DNA of 59,628 nucleotides, counting the filler, from Sphacelaria rigidula (taxonomy: Eukaryota), in assembly GCA_964200075.2 (NCBI GenBank). It is 10 parts of 10 records of this genome, joined end to end, with 100 filler letters (N's around TTAATTAATTAA, not from the genome) between each part and the next. Parts side by side here need not be neighbours in the genome. Positions count along the whole stretch, not along the records: positions 23,893 to 29,765 come from CAXNAA020023822.1; positions 29,866 to 35,738 come from CAXNAA020023823.1; positions 35,839 to 41,711 come from CAXNAA020023824.1; 7 more parts are not named here. The stretch is one strand, 5' to 3'. Positions within the stretch are counted from its first letter, which is position 1; each line of letters starts with the position of its first letter. The notes under the pieces are model-generated. The model did not search any database and was not told the DNA's origin. It saw only the letters and a list, made by a program, of their open reading frames with translations. The position numbers and the translations under genes were made by a program. This document shows positions 24,925 through 37,739 of this stretch, piece by piece.

Positions 24925-25180
24925 GGCGAGAAAGTTTCAAGACAGTCCACACCATACTTCTGGTTGAAGCCCCTCGCTACAAGCCTAGCCTTGGCCTTCA
25001 CTATCTTCCACCGAAAATGTTTCAACGTAGTCCACACCATACTTCTGCTTGAAGCCCTTCGCTACAAGCTTAGCCTTGGCCGTCACTATCTTCCGTCGAA
25101 AACATTTCAACACAGCCCATACCATACTTCTGCTTGAAAACCCTTCGCTACAAGCCTAGCCTCGGCCTTCACTATCTTCC
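24925..25180 (-). repeat. Triplicated 85-bp segment of the Copia RT (KIVKAKARLVARGFNQKYG)
   Basis: accatacttctg occurs at 24951, 25036 and 25121. Confidence 0.9.
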
Positions 25181-28139
25181 GTGTTTCGTCTGCTTTCTAT
25201 TTGAAAACCTATCTAGCATCAACCACATTACAGCCTACTGGGATCTTTACTACTAACGTGAACGTCCCTGCTCTTATCAAGCCTTCAGCTTCTGCAGTCA
25301 CGGCTCCATCCCAAATCTTAGCGTGCTTCGATTGCCGGGCTTCTTGATAGCTACCAGGCACTAACTCAACATTCTGAACGAGTTTGCGCACGAGTTCTAC
25401 CTTCTCTTACTTCATCATTCTCACGCGCATCAGTATTGAAATAGGCAAGCGACATGCCGCGGACGACGAGCGACTGAAGGAGGTGCCTCCGCCTCTATTT
25501 CTTGCTTTCCCGGCCCAATCGGCTCTATATCACCATGCCCTCCCGGCCCAATCGACTTTACCTCATCACCCCCTCCCGGATCCGCCGTCTATACTTCCCC
25601 TGTCTCCAGTCCTCCCTGCCCCCCCCCGTCTATCTTAAGTGCTAAAGAAGGCGCAAAGGAAACCGTTATACTAGGAGAGTTGTTCACGGGCGAAGACGGT
25701 ACAGAGGGGGAAGATGGAACAGAAGGGGGCTGACCTACACTGCTTGCATCAACACTGCCAACCTCATCGATTCCTGCACCATAGGATAACACTGCATCAC
25801 GATTCACACGAAGACGAATGTGTTGAATTCCCCCTCCTGCAAGCGGCCATACTTCAGCTTCTACATCGTCGTCACTTTCTTCCCCTCCCTCTTCCGCGAT
25901 CTCAATCAGCAGAGGAGGTTGCGGTGGAGGGAGCTGTGACGGCAACGCCTCCCACGTCACATCTCTCGTTTCCTCAATAGTCCCAGCCCTTGCAAGTACT
26001 CTATGACAATCACGCGGGTGGTCTCTCGAAAGACCGACATAAAAGTAACTCTCACCTTTTGGTGGCAGCTTAGACGGTCGCTGCCACCTGCAGTAAGCCA
26101 GCTCAAAAACCGGATCCGATCTAGCAGGACGAGGTTTTCCATACCACATCTCATACAGCGACATAGAGTCAGGGTTCGCAGAGCACGCTGTGTGGTTAGG
26201 TGCCTCGCAAGCCCAGTGCATTACCACAGCCCAGAGTCTGCCAGTCTTGGGTAACTGCACATGCCCAATCAAACCTTTCGCCTGAATACGAGCCATCATA
26301 GCGACCTCCTCAATCAATCCCAATCCACGCCCTGCAACACCGTTATATTGGGGACTGTAAGCCAAGGTCAACTCTTGTTTGATCAAAAGCTCATTTCACA
26401 CGGATGAACATTCCCCCCCGAAAACCTCCCCTCCACTGTCAGATCTAGCCATCTCAACCAATGATGGGATTACATCAGCACGCACACTAGCAAGAAAACT
26501 TCGGAAAGCACTCCCAGCGTCTGATTTACTTCTCAGGAAATACATCCATGCACACCTTGTGAAATCATCCTTCACAACCATGGGGTATTGTTTACCCCCT
26601 ACGGACGCAACGCCCTCTCTCCCTCCCCGGTCAACAGAACCTCTGCCCAACTTTTCATCCGATCTACGTTTAGTTTCATGAGCAATTCCTTTCCTACGAC
26701 ATCGAACATCCCGTACAAGCATGCATGTCACCGGTCAACTCGGTACCTAGTCGTTTTACAGTAGTACGACGTAATCCCTTGGGTAAATGAGTATAGATGT
26801 TATGGAACTCGTTCACAGCCATCTTCTTTTCATGCTTGGGGTTTGAAGGAGTGAGGGCAGCCGAACACCGAACCAACAGAGTCATCTCCCAGACGATACG
26901 CAGTCGCAAAGAGCATGCCATCGAAGTTCTGAACAGTAACATGTCCGTCGTAAGCAGTCATCACACCATCAGGACCACCAAGATCATTCCATGACCTGCC
27001 ATCAAACTTCTGCGCTGGGGGAAAAGAGGTTACACCCTAAGTTGGCAGAGTACAACATGTTTCCCAACTCTACGGAAAATTCGCTGTCAGCAGTTACATA
27101 CACCAACTCCAGTGTTCCAGAGAGTGCTACCTCACAAGTCACGCCACCAATCCCGTTTACGTTCTTGTGGCAAGGCTTTACATCCTTCATACAAGAGAGA
27201 ATCAGTCATGCGGAAAGCAGTACCCGTGTCTGCATACCAATCTTCGACAGACCTATCCTTCCTTACAAGAGAAGAGAATTCACAAACACAATCATCACTG
27301 TACAAGCACTCACGCAGCATGGCATCGTAGAATGCTACCAGGCACGTCAGATCACTCAAGTTGTTCAAGCTGGTTTGAGAGAGCAACACCAAACTAGACC
27401 TCTTCTCGTTCTAATCCTTGGCATTCTCGGATTTTCCTGTCTGGGTAGGATTAACGATCACGCGAGACAGGCAGTCCTTCCTCAAGTGACCCTTTTCTCT
27501 ATGAACGATGGATCATTCGGACAGAATACCACAAGAGTTTCGCGCAAAGTCTTGTACTCGTACGACAGTCCGTCAAGCATCAGGTTGCACACCTCTCTGC
27601 CATATTTCTTGACTTCAAGATATCTACCATCAAGGATCCACATGAAACGGTACAGCACCCAGGGTTATTGCTGGGCCCTTTAAACCGGAACCTAATGCAC
27701 CGCTATTTTGCTACAGTCAAAACCCAGAACGGAACAAGCAGCTAGATTGCTGGCTGTATAAAATTTCAACAGCAGTATCATGTTGGTAAGTCCAAATCAA
27801 TGTCTGCAATCGGAATACAAGCGTCAGAAACAAACGCCTCATACAGATGATTGTGTCAGGCACTCAACATAAAGTTCTGCGACCATGAGGGATACGACCC
27901 GTCGTCGTTGCCCTCAAAAACAGGAGCATTGGGACCTTTGAAAAAGGACCCCTCTACCCATCTTTTTCCCTGTTTCAGATATGTCAGCCCCAGGAATCAG
28001 AATGTTTCTACTGGCTACGTTTTCCCACCACTTACTCGACGGAGAAGGAGAGGGCGGAACAGAGGACTGACCTAATGTCCCACCTACAGTCCCGATCGAA
28101 CCAAAGTTTACTGCAGCATCAGAGGAACGATTTAAAAAA

Positions 28140-28385
28140 GATACATGTGTATTCAAGCCTGAGTCTGCCAGACTACTACTCCCAACCCACATGCTAGACA
28201 CGCCTAAGCCTTGGGCATCGCCACCCACACCTCCCGCGGTCCCACCAGTACCGAATTACAGTAGATGCATGAGGATTCAAGCCTGAGTTTGCAAAACTGT
28301 TACTCCCAACCCACATGCTGGACACGCCTAAGCCTTGGGTATCGCCACCCGTACTTCCCGCGGTCCCACCAGTAGCATCGTCAGA
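28140..28385. repeat. ~124-bp tandem duplication in the Copia gag N-terminal region
   Basis: attcaagcctgagt...cccaacccacatgct...cctaagccttggg...cccgcggtcccaccagta starts at 28151 and 28275. Confidence 0.85.
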
Positions 28386-28928
28386 AAGATGCATACTAGT
28401 CTCTGGTCCTCCGCCTCCCGGCGCGGCAGCTACAAAACCCGAGTACTTTACTTTCCTTCCCTGTTGCTCAACTAACGACGATACTAGAGTCATAAGTTAA
28501 GACAGCTGTGTCTCTACAGAACAAATCCTCTCACCGAATTCCTGCGATCCACTCTCAGTTGGGTCAACCGCAGGATCCTTGTTCCCCAGTTCAGCCATGA
28601 TGAGGCAGGTTGATCAAGCCTCCCTCAATAGTCTCATGCACAGTCCAGGGGGACGAAGCAGCAGTCGACTGATGCGCTATAGCGTGTAAATAAACTTGTG
28701 ACTTCTGGAGAAAAATATGTATTGTGTTATTGAGGCCTTGGTCCCAGAGACACAGGCCGGGAAATTGATGTGAGCACGGTGGGCGAGCCCGTATCATCTA
28801 CAACCAATAAACTCTGGAAACCAAAGAACCTCAGCAACGTCCTACATGGTTCCAGCGACGGAACCCCGACCAACGCATTTCCTTACGTACCACAAAACTT
28901 CGGGTTGTTCCCCGCACCACAGATACCA

Positions 28929-29330
28929 TGCTCGGACTAATGCAGTATCCACAAAGCGTACTCCTACATAAGCAACAGAAAGGACCGCGAACGTTCTTCG
29001 CAATTCTCAAAAAAGTGGTAGCTCAGCAACCTATGGATCGACAGTTCCGTTATTCGAATCGTCGAGTTAAATATTCTACACAACTCAGTCGATACTACAG
29101 CAGCTATCACGAACGCGCGGCAACCACTCGAGACCTGTTTAAAGTCAGCCGAAGAACCAAAACATGGGATGTGTCTTGTTTCACTGTACTCCAGCACAAA
29201 CATACTCATATCCGCTCTTGTGTGCTGTAGCTATCACTGTTCTGTGGTGTGTTTAGACCCTGCGAAGATGGTTCCGTCTCCGCTGAGATTGCTTGGTGTG
29301 CTGAATTATAGTGTTCGTCGTTCTGTAACA
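28929..29330 (-). repeat. Possible 5' LTR of the Copia element
   Basis: The minus strand reads TGTTAC...GAGCA followed directly by TGGTATC (partial tRNA-Met PBS). No second LTR is available to confirm. Confidence 0.3.
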
Positions 29331-29765
29331 TTCAGTATCAGTCGGGACGCAGTGCTGTCCACACACTTGACTGTTGAAAACTTCATGTTACCCGGACCCA
29401 TGACCTGCGCGATGCCGAACATGACTGGGTGAAGGCACACAACCAGCACCAGTATACACCGCTCGACCGGCTGTGTCAGACCCCATGCTCCAATGAAAGG
29501 AGCAACGCACAGCATAGTGCGGGTAAACTGCACCGCCAGGGTACTGCTTGCACCCGTCAGCATGACGGCTGCTGCCGCTGGCATCGGCGCCAGCGCTCGC
29601 GGCCACGGGAAGACACAACCAGCCATTCTAAGATGAGGATAATATACTGATACACGAGCATCGCAATGACCCACTGCGGCGGCAATGCACCACTCGCTGT
29701 CTACGTGTCTGCTTGCAGCTCCGTTCCTCTGCTGCTGTTCTATCCATCCCGGCGTACACTTCAGG

Positions 29766-29865
29766 NNNNNNNNNNNNNNNNNNNNNNNNNNNNNNNNNNN
29801 NNNNNNNNNTTAATTAATTAANNNNNNNNNNNNNNNNNNNNNNNNNNNNNNNNNNNNNNNNNNNN
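29766..29865. other. Artificial contig linker
   Basis: 44 N + TTAATTAATTAA + 44 N. Confidence 0.99.
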
Positions 29866-30098
29866 TACTAAAACGTAGTAATTTACACTAACACAGGGTC
29901 GACCGGAAAAGCCGGGAAGGAGTGTACATGCTACCATGTGGTCATTTTCACCACGCCCTAAAACCAGGTGGGCTGTGGAAAGACAAAAAGATCTGTCATG
30001 AGTTCTGCTTTGCCCTCTGGCGATGACTTGCAGGGTGGAGTTAATATGTATGTAGTGGGTTGGGATGAAGAAGCGGTATGTAGGCAGTTGATCTCGGT

Positions 30099-30207
30099 AG
30101 CTGAGAATTGCACAGAACGTGCAAGGGAGTATGCAGCGGCAGCTGCTGCTTCAGTCGGAGAGGCGTACTACACTGTCATGTACTGTTGCATGCATGCGTG
30201 CCACAAC
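30099..30207 (+). repeat. Unclassified interspersed repeat (second copy at 41812-41926)
   Basis: tagctgagaattgcMcagaacgtgcaa...gcagcggcagctgctgcttcagtcggagagg is shared by both. Confidence 0.8.
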
Positions 30208-30650
30208 ACTGATACCGTTCGAAGAGAATTTTCCGCATGCAACAAAGGGTGAAATAACGGCCCACCCCGACCACAAAGGGCTGTGTGGCAAGGTGATGGG
30301 GACAAAAGTATTATCCAAAGTCACAAGTGGCGGGGGCCCGCCGGTCGCCGCATCTGTTGGAAGCTCTCTACCGCGACCCATACTGCTTGCTACATCAGAT
30401 GTACACCATTGCACCTGAGCACCTGAAAATAGACTAGATGAAACTTTCGGTCTTCGTCATAACCCTGCGCTTACATACGCGGATTTTCAGCAATCATTCC
30501 TGACCAGCCTCATCGATCGTTCTGGAGGCCCGGTCCCAAAAGGGTAAAAAAAACGCCCCTAAATCAAAGCCGCTTCTTGTGATGACCCAAACAAAAATTG
30601 GCGAAAGTTCGGGCAATCACTTTTTTTCCCCAACGGCTGTTTCCCCGATA

Positions 30651-30995
30651 CCGGTCGCCCCGGTGGCTCAGTTGGTGAGCTCGCAAACCTTCAGACGCTT
30701 GCGTCGTGGGTTCAAATCTCGGAGCGATCTGGGATTTTTTCCCACACCATGCTCAACAGGGGAGAGCGACTTTGTCGTGGGTACACAAAATTTGACTTGA
30801 CGGTCTACGACAGAAAATAAAAAGCAAGCATCGCAGAAGGAAGGTGGGATACTATAAACGCATGAAAAACTAAAAAGCCCCTGTGTTCACCTTCCTTCTG
30901 TGTGACTCCGACTGGTGCGCCCACATATGCCGAAAGGTGCAGAGGAGAGGCGTCCAGAATAGATGGACGATAATACACACACACACACACACACA
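30651..30995 (+). mobile_element. tRNA-derived SINE, copy 4 (best preserved), (AC)n tail
   Basis: A-box TGGCTCAGTTGG, B-box GGTTCAAATC, ~250-bp body, then (AC)n at 30975-30995. Confidence 0.85.
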
Positions 30996-31269
30996 GCTTC
31001 TCTCGAAAAAAATAGTTCCGAAACCTCTTGTTTTCGCGTTCTGCGCAAAGTTCAAGTTTTGCAGATATTACCACGCTCGCTCGCGAGATACTTGTCATCG
31101 TTTGTTTGGTACAGACAACGCACGCAAATCTACGGTGAAGCGGCAACAACGATAGAATAGTGCAACAAGTCCTAACGCTGTGCAACAACAGCACAGACAG
31201 CTGCAGCAGACAGCTTGATGGATTTGATTGGTGGATTGACCAAGTATCACTGCATCAAATAGTCAAGCG

Positions 31270-31475
31270 TGTCGGGTACTGTAAGGGATATCCGATATAT
31301 TGATATTTTGGTACTTTGAAAAGTTGCACATCAGCTGCTTACATAAGTCAGTCACACTGACTTGTATACATGGGCTGTGGAGATGGCAACAACAGCTCTG
31401 GGCTGGCTGCTGCTACAGGCATGGGTCACAGATCTCCGCTTTTCAAAATACTGTTGAAACTATCGTACACGCCAA
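31270..31475. mobile_element. Diverged copy of the 5275-5515 MITE, reverse orientation
   Basis: tgatattttggtactttgaa ... ttcaaaatac ends; the interior agtcagtcaca...ctggctgct matches the reverse complement of 5350-5420. Confidence 0.55.
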
Positions 31476-32327
31476 AAATCTGGCGAAAAATGTCGGTCAC
31501 CTACCACACGCACTTCTCGGTGGCGTAAATTACAGCAGCAGCCTACAAGCAGCGCGGTATCCGCAGCAGACTACGGCGACTGTCCGCGCTACTCGTAGGG
31601 GCTCTCGAGTCTCTTCCGGCATGCATGCATCGTCAAATCATCAACAAGAACACTGCTGCAGCTCAAGTTGAACCAAACTGTCTGGGGTGTTTTTTCTCTC
31701 CATGGTTGACACATCGCCTGACGTCATCAGTCATGCTAGGTAGGTACCGCCGGCGTTCGTAAACCACTCAGTCTCGCGCATGCTGCTGCCCAAAAGTCAG
31801 AGAACTTAATGCAATGATGTGTGCATTGGAGAAGGGTGCGTAGAGAGGACAGACAGTGCCGTACCATTCGAATGTACAGCAGCAATGGACACACGCCGAA
31901 ACCTGTATTTCTTCATCATTTCTTCTGCTGATGATGGCTGCAAACAAGATATATGCAGTACAGACAGTACACACACGCATACAACGCATACATGCAAATA
32001 CGCGACTGAAGATCTCGAGGTCCTGGACACAACAGTACTTGTACACACATACGAAAACATTCCCGCGTGAAAACACACATGGTTGGAGGGTGAGAATATG
32101 TTGAAACACAAGAACGTCCTTGCTGATCTCCACAGCAAAGTAGTTCAGGACTGTCTGTACAAAATATTTGATCAATCGTGCTCTCTCCGCCACCTCTCCG
32201 CCCCGTGCCGTCTCACAAGAAGCCCAAAAGTCATAGCCGCTCAACTGTACACGCCGATACGATCTCGTCACTTGCTAGACCGTGTGCCACTCACAACACA
32301 CCCAACTCGGAAAACATCCCTGCTCAC

Positions 32328-33497
32328 CTCGGCACCCTTGCTCACAACATCTACGGCATCCTCGACTCCCCCCTCCACTGCCGCCGCCGCGACCTCAACG
32401 GCCGCCGCGCCAGTTTCGTCAACCTCCTCAGCATCAAGATAGGCGACAGCCTCGTCTCCCCCTCCCGCTCCGCGCGTGTCCATCGTATCGACAGCCGCCC
32501 CGGGGTCATCAACTGTGGCGGCTCGCGCATCGATGTCCACATCCGTTCCGGCCGTCGCCGCATCAGATGCAACCGATATGTCTCCGCCAAACACAGCGCC
32601 ACCAACCGAGTTGACGCCGTCCTCGACACCGGCCGCCGCCGGCGTCACCGCTATCGCCTGCGCAGTCAACTCCGCGGATGTATCCGCGACCCCAACACCA
32701 GCATCGTGAGACGGCGCCGCCGACACTGCACCCCGTTCGGAAGCAACGGTGGCCTTGATCTCCGCCGTAACAGCAAGAGCTTCGGCGAAGGAAGCACCGC
32801 CCTCTTGCACCGCCCCGCTCGGCGCCGGCGCCTGCGCCTGCGCCGCCGATGCTTCTTCAGGAGCAGCAGTATTAACCCCTAATGCTGCGGAGGCTGCCGA
32901 AGCAGATAGGTCCATCTTGCTTCGACCGGCTCCGACGCCACCCAATCTTCTGTACAACCAGGTGAAGAGCCCGACGAGAACGACGAGCAGAACGACGAGC
33001 ACCGCCGCCGCATGTTCGTGCAGATCATCACGACCTAATGCCACGCCGACGCGCGCCGTGGACCTGCGGGAGGTCTCCAGGGCGCGGATCTTCACCGCCC
33101 CTGCGTGGGCGCGTGCCCGCGCCGTGCTGTCGGCTGCTATAGTTTTGATGTTATCAGAGTATTTGGTGAGAGAGTCCACGAGAACGGACGAAGCGGGAAC
33201 CGTCCCCTTTTGCGCTCCTTTCTGTTTATCGCCCCTCCTGTTCTTGCGAGGTTGTGCCTTTTGCTTGTTGGGCGTGGGCATAGCCTTCTGTTGCGGTTTC
33301 TTCGGGGAGGCCTTGTGTGTTTTAGGGTTGGGGGGCGTGGAGGTGCTGCTACCGCTGCTGCCCGTGACTGAATACAACATTTTGGATGCGGAGTCGGCCA
33401 GCCCGCTCGCGGTGTCTGCCGCGTAGGCGGTGTAGGATGCCCACGTATCCGACCATGTTGGAGGCGGCGGTGGTACTTCTTGCTTTTTCTTCCCCAT
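32328..33497 (-). CDS. Large first coding exon of an unknown single-pass membrane protein (basic N-terminus, TM helix, acidic Ala/Val/Asp-rich tail)
   Basis: 390 open codons from ATG (MGKKKQEVPPPPPTW) to a donor (SKGAE|gtgagc); TM segment AAAVLVVLLVVLVGLFTWLY followed by RR. Family not recognised. Confidence 0.75.
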
Positions 33498-35738
33498 TGG
33501 CCGAGAGTCTGAAGGTCAAACAGACAGGGAGAAAATCCAAGTTATGTGCGTGCACGGTGCGGTACCAATAATGCATCTTTGTATAGGCGTCACTACGACG
33601 ACAAAGAGATGTTGGGGGGTAGGGGGCGGGGGGGGGGGAGGGAGATAAGGGCCAAGGAGAAAATAAAGGGTGAGCAGTGTTTCGAGCTTTAGTTGTTGTA
33701 GTGATATCTTTGATGGATTGCATCGGGGCGTGCATGGGACTGTCTGTTGAAGACACATCACTGGTATCCATCCAACATTTTTTTGTGTTCCGAATGGACA
33801 AACACGTCGATCGCAACTTGTACTTGTTTATTTGAGCACGTACAACAGTAGAGCCAGCCATGATGGGTGGATCGTGAGCAACTACGGACAGCGCGGCATC
33901 TAGGGATGGACGTAGAATAAATGACATGAAAGCCTACGCCAAGTGGAGACACTTGCAGGGGAGCGGGGGAGTGGGGGGGGAAGCGGGTGGGGAAGCTGTC
34001 TCGGGTACAGACATGAACGGTACGCACAGCTGCTCATGTTGGAACACGAACAGATGGCGGAACATGCGCCGGTATCACGTCAAAGTTCGCGTCTTCACCA
34101 TGAGTGTGTTGACCATTTCTAGGTATAGCAACGAAAAGACAACACCAATTAAAGTAATTGACTACCCCACCTTCAGATATCGTGAGGGTTTCAAGTACTT
34201 GCGCGCGAGGGAGGATGAGGTGTACTGTTGGCTAACCACTACCAAGAAAGGCTTACTTTGGTATTGGGAGCCTGATACGCTACATTTCCGTGAGCAGTTT
34301 GATTTTGCTGCCAGATCCCACCTTACTCTACTACTGTAGCACTGTACCCTACTGGTTGTTGCCTGCAGAATTTGCTGCACCCCACATCTTTGTGAAACCA
34401 TCCTTCCACGTCTACTAGACAGCAACGCTTCCATGGCATTCACCCAAGTATCGAATAATAAGATCATATACATTCCCGTATGCTCTCACCGTTTCTCCTT
34501 GTAAGTTTTGCACCAACCTCCGTGCGTGGTTCGTTGTTTGTGACCCACCTGCAAACAGTACAGCACGACTGCCTTTTTCAAATTATGATTGCAGATCAAT
34601 TCAAATTGGGATATATTTTTGAATATCATCTAGTACGTCACACTTTTTCAGACCCGTATCAGAACTACACAAGAGCACTCTTATTTTTTTACAACAGTTG
34701 TCATGGGTGGGACTAGGGCCCGATTTTGGGTACTATATTTCGGGAAAATGGATCACGAACGCTATATGCGTAAGAACTGGACCGTAATCAGACGAATCAT
34801 ATCAATCAAAAATACATGCGTCACCTAAAAACACCGACCTGGCTCATATGAAATATACTATAAACATCGTACATATCTTCAAGCCTGTGAGTGCTCGGTG
34901 TTGAGATGATTTTATTCCTCCGCATAACTCACTCCAGATCAGTGGGTGCAAACTCTTGGTGCACTAGTGTTCAGCTGCTGTACTACTCGGGAAGCGCACG
35001 CCCCCGAGCTGCCACCCCATGTTTACCACCATTGCAAATATAACAAGGCAAGAAAACGAACAGCGGCAGTTGTGGCCGCCACACACCAACGCATCTGCAG
35101 TAAAAGGCGTGCCTGACATCGTGCTAGAACGAGCGAGTACGGAAATTTGGATACCATGAGCAGTAGCGTCGCGTATCCCTTGGGTTCCCTCTCGAAAACA
35201 TCTGTCACAAGACGGCTGTGTTTCATCGGTGAACTCGTCCCCAACAAGCCAAGAGGTGAAAGGTCATTCGCTCATAATAAGTGAGGTTGTCCTTTGTACA
35301 CATCCCCACAGAACAGAGCAGCACATGGCGGACCGCCACCAAAGCAAATGTCGTGACATTGGTCCCAAAAAATAGCATCTTGTCGAAGATTCAAGTTGGT
35401 GTATATCGCATGGTTTACATATTATTTTCAGTATGTACAGACAGTCAGTTGAAATATGGTGGCTCTGCTGACCTCTTGATATATAGTCAGTGTGTACTCT
35501 AAAATAAAAATTGCTCTTGGCGCCCTGGTTTCTCCGCTGGAACCCTCAGATCCAACAGCCGAAGTTCATGTGTTACGTCGCCCCCTGCGGCTCAATACAT
35601 GAAGAGTACTCGCTGTTGAAAGGCTAATTTGCTCATTGTGCACAGCCGTACAGAACGAAGCAGCACCTGGCGGCACGCCACAAAGTGAAACACCGTCACA
35701 CACTGCTCGCTGCGAGAAAAAAATATGCAGCCCAAAAC

Positions 35739-35838
35739 NNNNNNNNNNNNNNNNNNNNNNNNNNNNNNNNNNNNNNNNNNNNTTAATTAATTAANNNNNN
35801 NNNNNNNNNNNNNNNNNNNNNNNNNNNNNNNNNNNNNN
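35739..35838. other. Artificial contig linker
   Basis: 44 N + TTAATTAATTAA + 44 N. Confidence 0.99.
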
Positions 35839-36555
35839 AGGGGTGGGGGGTCCATTGGCCCACGCCGAGGGGCAAGAACGAATGAGAAGGCTTCCCCCCC
35901 CCCCCCCTTCAAAAAGCAGGGAAAATGGCGGTTTCGGTCAGCGCTGTAAGCTCACAGAGTCAGTAAAATGCGCTGAAAAATTATCTACGCGATCGAGGGG
36001 TATCAGGTCGACAAAATAGTCATCGGGCACCATCACCGAAAGTGTGAAGACAGCACTGTTTTGGGCTTTAACCTCCTTTTCGTGTACAACTTTATTTTTG
36101 AAAATGGTCTGTCCTGTCCTCTTGCACACCCGGTACCGCACGAATTAGGGACCGTGGTCTTGAAAACTCCGCGCGATAGCATCTGTACTGCCCAACGGCT
36201 GCAACAACTCCTCCGCACGGGTGACAACAACACACAACGAACGGTAAATCGCTCACTTTGCCCTTTGTATCCACCTGCACCGCACCCCCCCAACTCGGAC
36301 CGTTGACGCAGGGAGCAGGCCACACTCCGATGGACACCGCCCATGGATACTGAAGGTATGCATGCGGCCAACACCGCTGGTGTTAGACCCGTTTGTTTGG
36401 AGGTGAGGTCGTGAAACTCGAAATCGAGCGCGTCGGCCGTGCAACCGATCATCAGAGGTGATTGCGTCGTTATATGCACATCGATAACGCTGCGAGAATA
36501 ATGACTCTTGTCGCCGCAGATGAAGGACGTCATGACGTCTGTCAATCCTCTTGCC

Positions 36556-37493
36556 GCTACGAGCGAGGCCAGCTTGAAAGCGGCTAAAAGTTGCTCACAC
36601 CATAGCTTTTGCAGTTTCCCAAATGAACCCGATGTAAGCATATAACTGTGAACTGCAGACCCACCTAATGACAAAGGACTGCATCGCTGTTCGATTGGCG
36701 TGGTATTGCCGATGACGTTATTGTACTGCGTAGAGTACAGGGTGCGTATCGTATCGGACACTTTCTACGATAACCCCCCCCCAAAACCAGCCAAAAGTGT
36801 CACGAAAAAAATGAGCATACATCGCCTGATGCTTGGGTTCAGGCCGCATGAAGCGCCTCATATTGGCAATACTGGCTAGAACGAACCCAGTCGTGAGAAT
36901 TCCCAGCTGCTCGTTGTGCTCGGCTTTTCCCATTTCGATTTACGTGAAAATGTTGCCTCCCAAAACCATGCANNNNNNNNNCCTCTTCTTTGTGTTGCTG
37001 TGTTTTCCCCTTTTGTTTTTGGGTGAAATTTTTCCCCCCCAAACCCATGCGTTTGGGGGGGGGGGGGGGGGGGGCTATCGTAGAAAGTGTCATCGTTGAG
37101 CGATAGCGTGTCGGATTGTGTGTCTGTGTATTTTTTTTATGCGGCGAGTTTACGTCAATAATCACCCCGCGCTGGATATTAGCGGGTTGCAGCATCGTCA
37201 CGGAAACTGTTGCACGCACGACCCAATTCGACGACTTGTGAGCTGAAATTTCAGGAAGACCTTCTGCACTCAGGGAAATTATACTTCACGTGAGCAGCAG
37301 CAGATTCTCATTTATTTGCTGGACTTATGACAATATCTTATTTTTGCTGAAATTTGAAATGCCCATAACTTCTTTTCTTTTTCCTTTTTTTCTTTGCTGC
37401 TGACGTGATCTTCTGAATTTTGGTAATAAAAAGCTGCTGTCAAAATTTCAGTGCCCTACTCCTAAAATCGCGCCGTGCTTCGCCCGAGTGAGA
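36556..37493. repeat. Unclassified interspersed repeat (host of MITE B); paralog in reverse orientation at 56001-56581
   Basis: Colinear over about 580 bp once MITE B is removed; both copies translate as MLTSGSFGKLxKLWCEQ in the ORF track. Confidence 0.8.
36757..37091. mobile_element. MITE family B (Sola-like), 4-bp TSD ATCG
   Basis: atcg|gacactttctacgataacccc ... ggggctatcgtagaaagtgtc|atcg; the empty site is visible at about 56361-56406. Confidence 0.9.
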
Positions 37494-37739
37494 GAACCAC
37501 CCATTGTTGCCTGGCCCAGCTCGTAGCCCCGGCGGATGAAATGTGCAAAGAAGACTTCTGCACATTCGGTATGTCGAACCGCCTGCATTCGATTCAACTC
37601 GTTCTGGTACAACCCCAGGTCTCCGTTTTACAGTATACCCGGCAGTACCAATATCCATGAGTTCACATCACGTGCCGCACTCGTGCAGGTCATTTGATCC
37701 AAGGCGAGGATCCGTGATTATCGGCGTGCACTGGTAGAT

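Larger units (their letters stand above)
23907..28560 (-). mobile_element. Degenerate Ty1/Copia LTR retrotransposon (gag-PR-IN-RT-RNase H)
   Basis: Minus-strand order: gag (FEGNDDGSYPSWSQNF, ~27900), protease (WYADTGTAFRMTDS, ~27200), integrase (VVKDDFTRCAWMYFLRSKSDA; RSDSGGE; YSPQYNGVAGR), RT (KARLVARGFNQKYGVDCLETFSPT; WDIEQAFVQSEL; FHVDDVL), RNase H (DRRSVSG...WISRMQKCV). Many frameshifts. Confidence 0.95.

Noticed and set aside
30651..30725. Possible tRNA gene (also 2145-2215)
   Set aside because: A and B boxes are present, but there is no acceptor-stem closure or clean anticodon arm, and it continues into a repeated body and tail. It is a SINE head.
32178..33426. Long plus-strand ORFs (234 and 225 aa)
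   Set aside because: They are antisense shadows of the GC-rich minus-strand exon.
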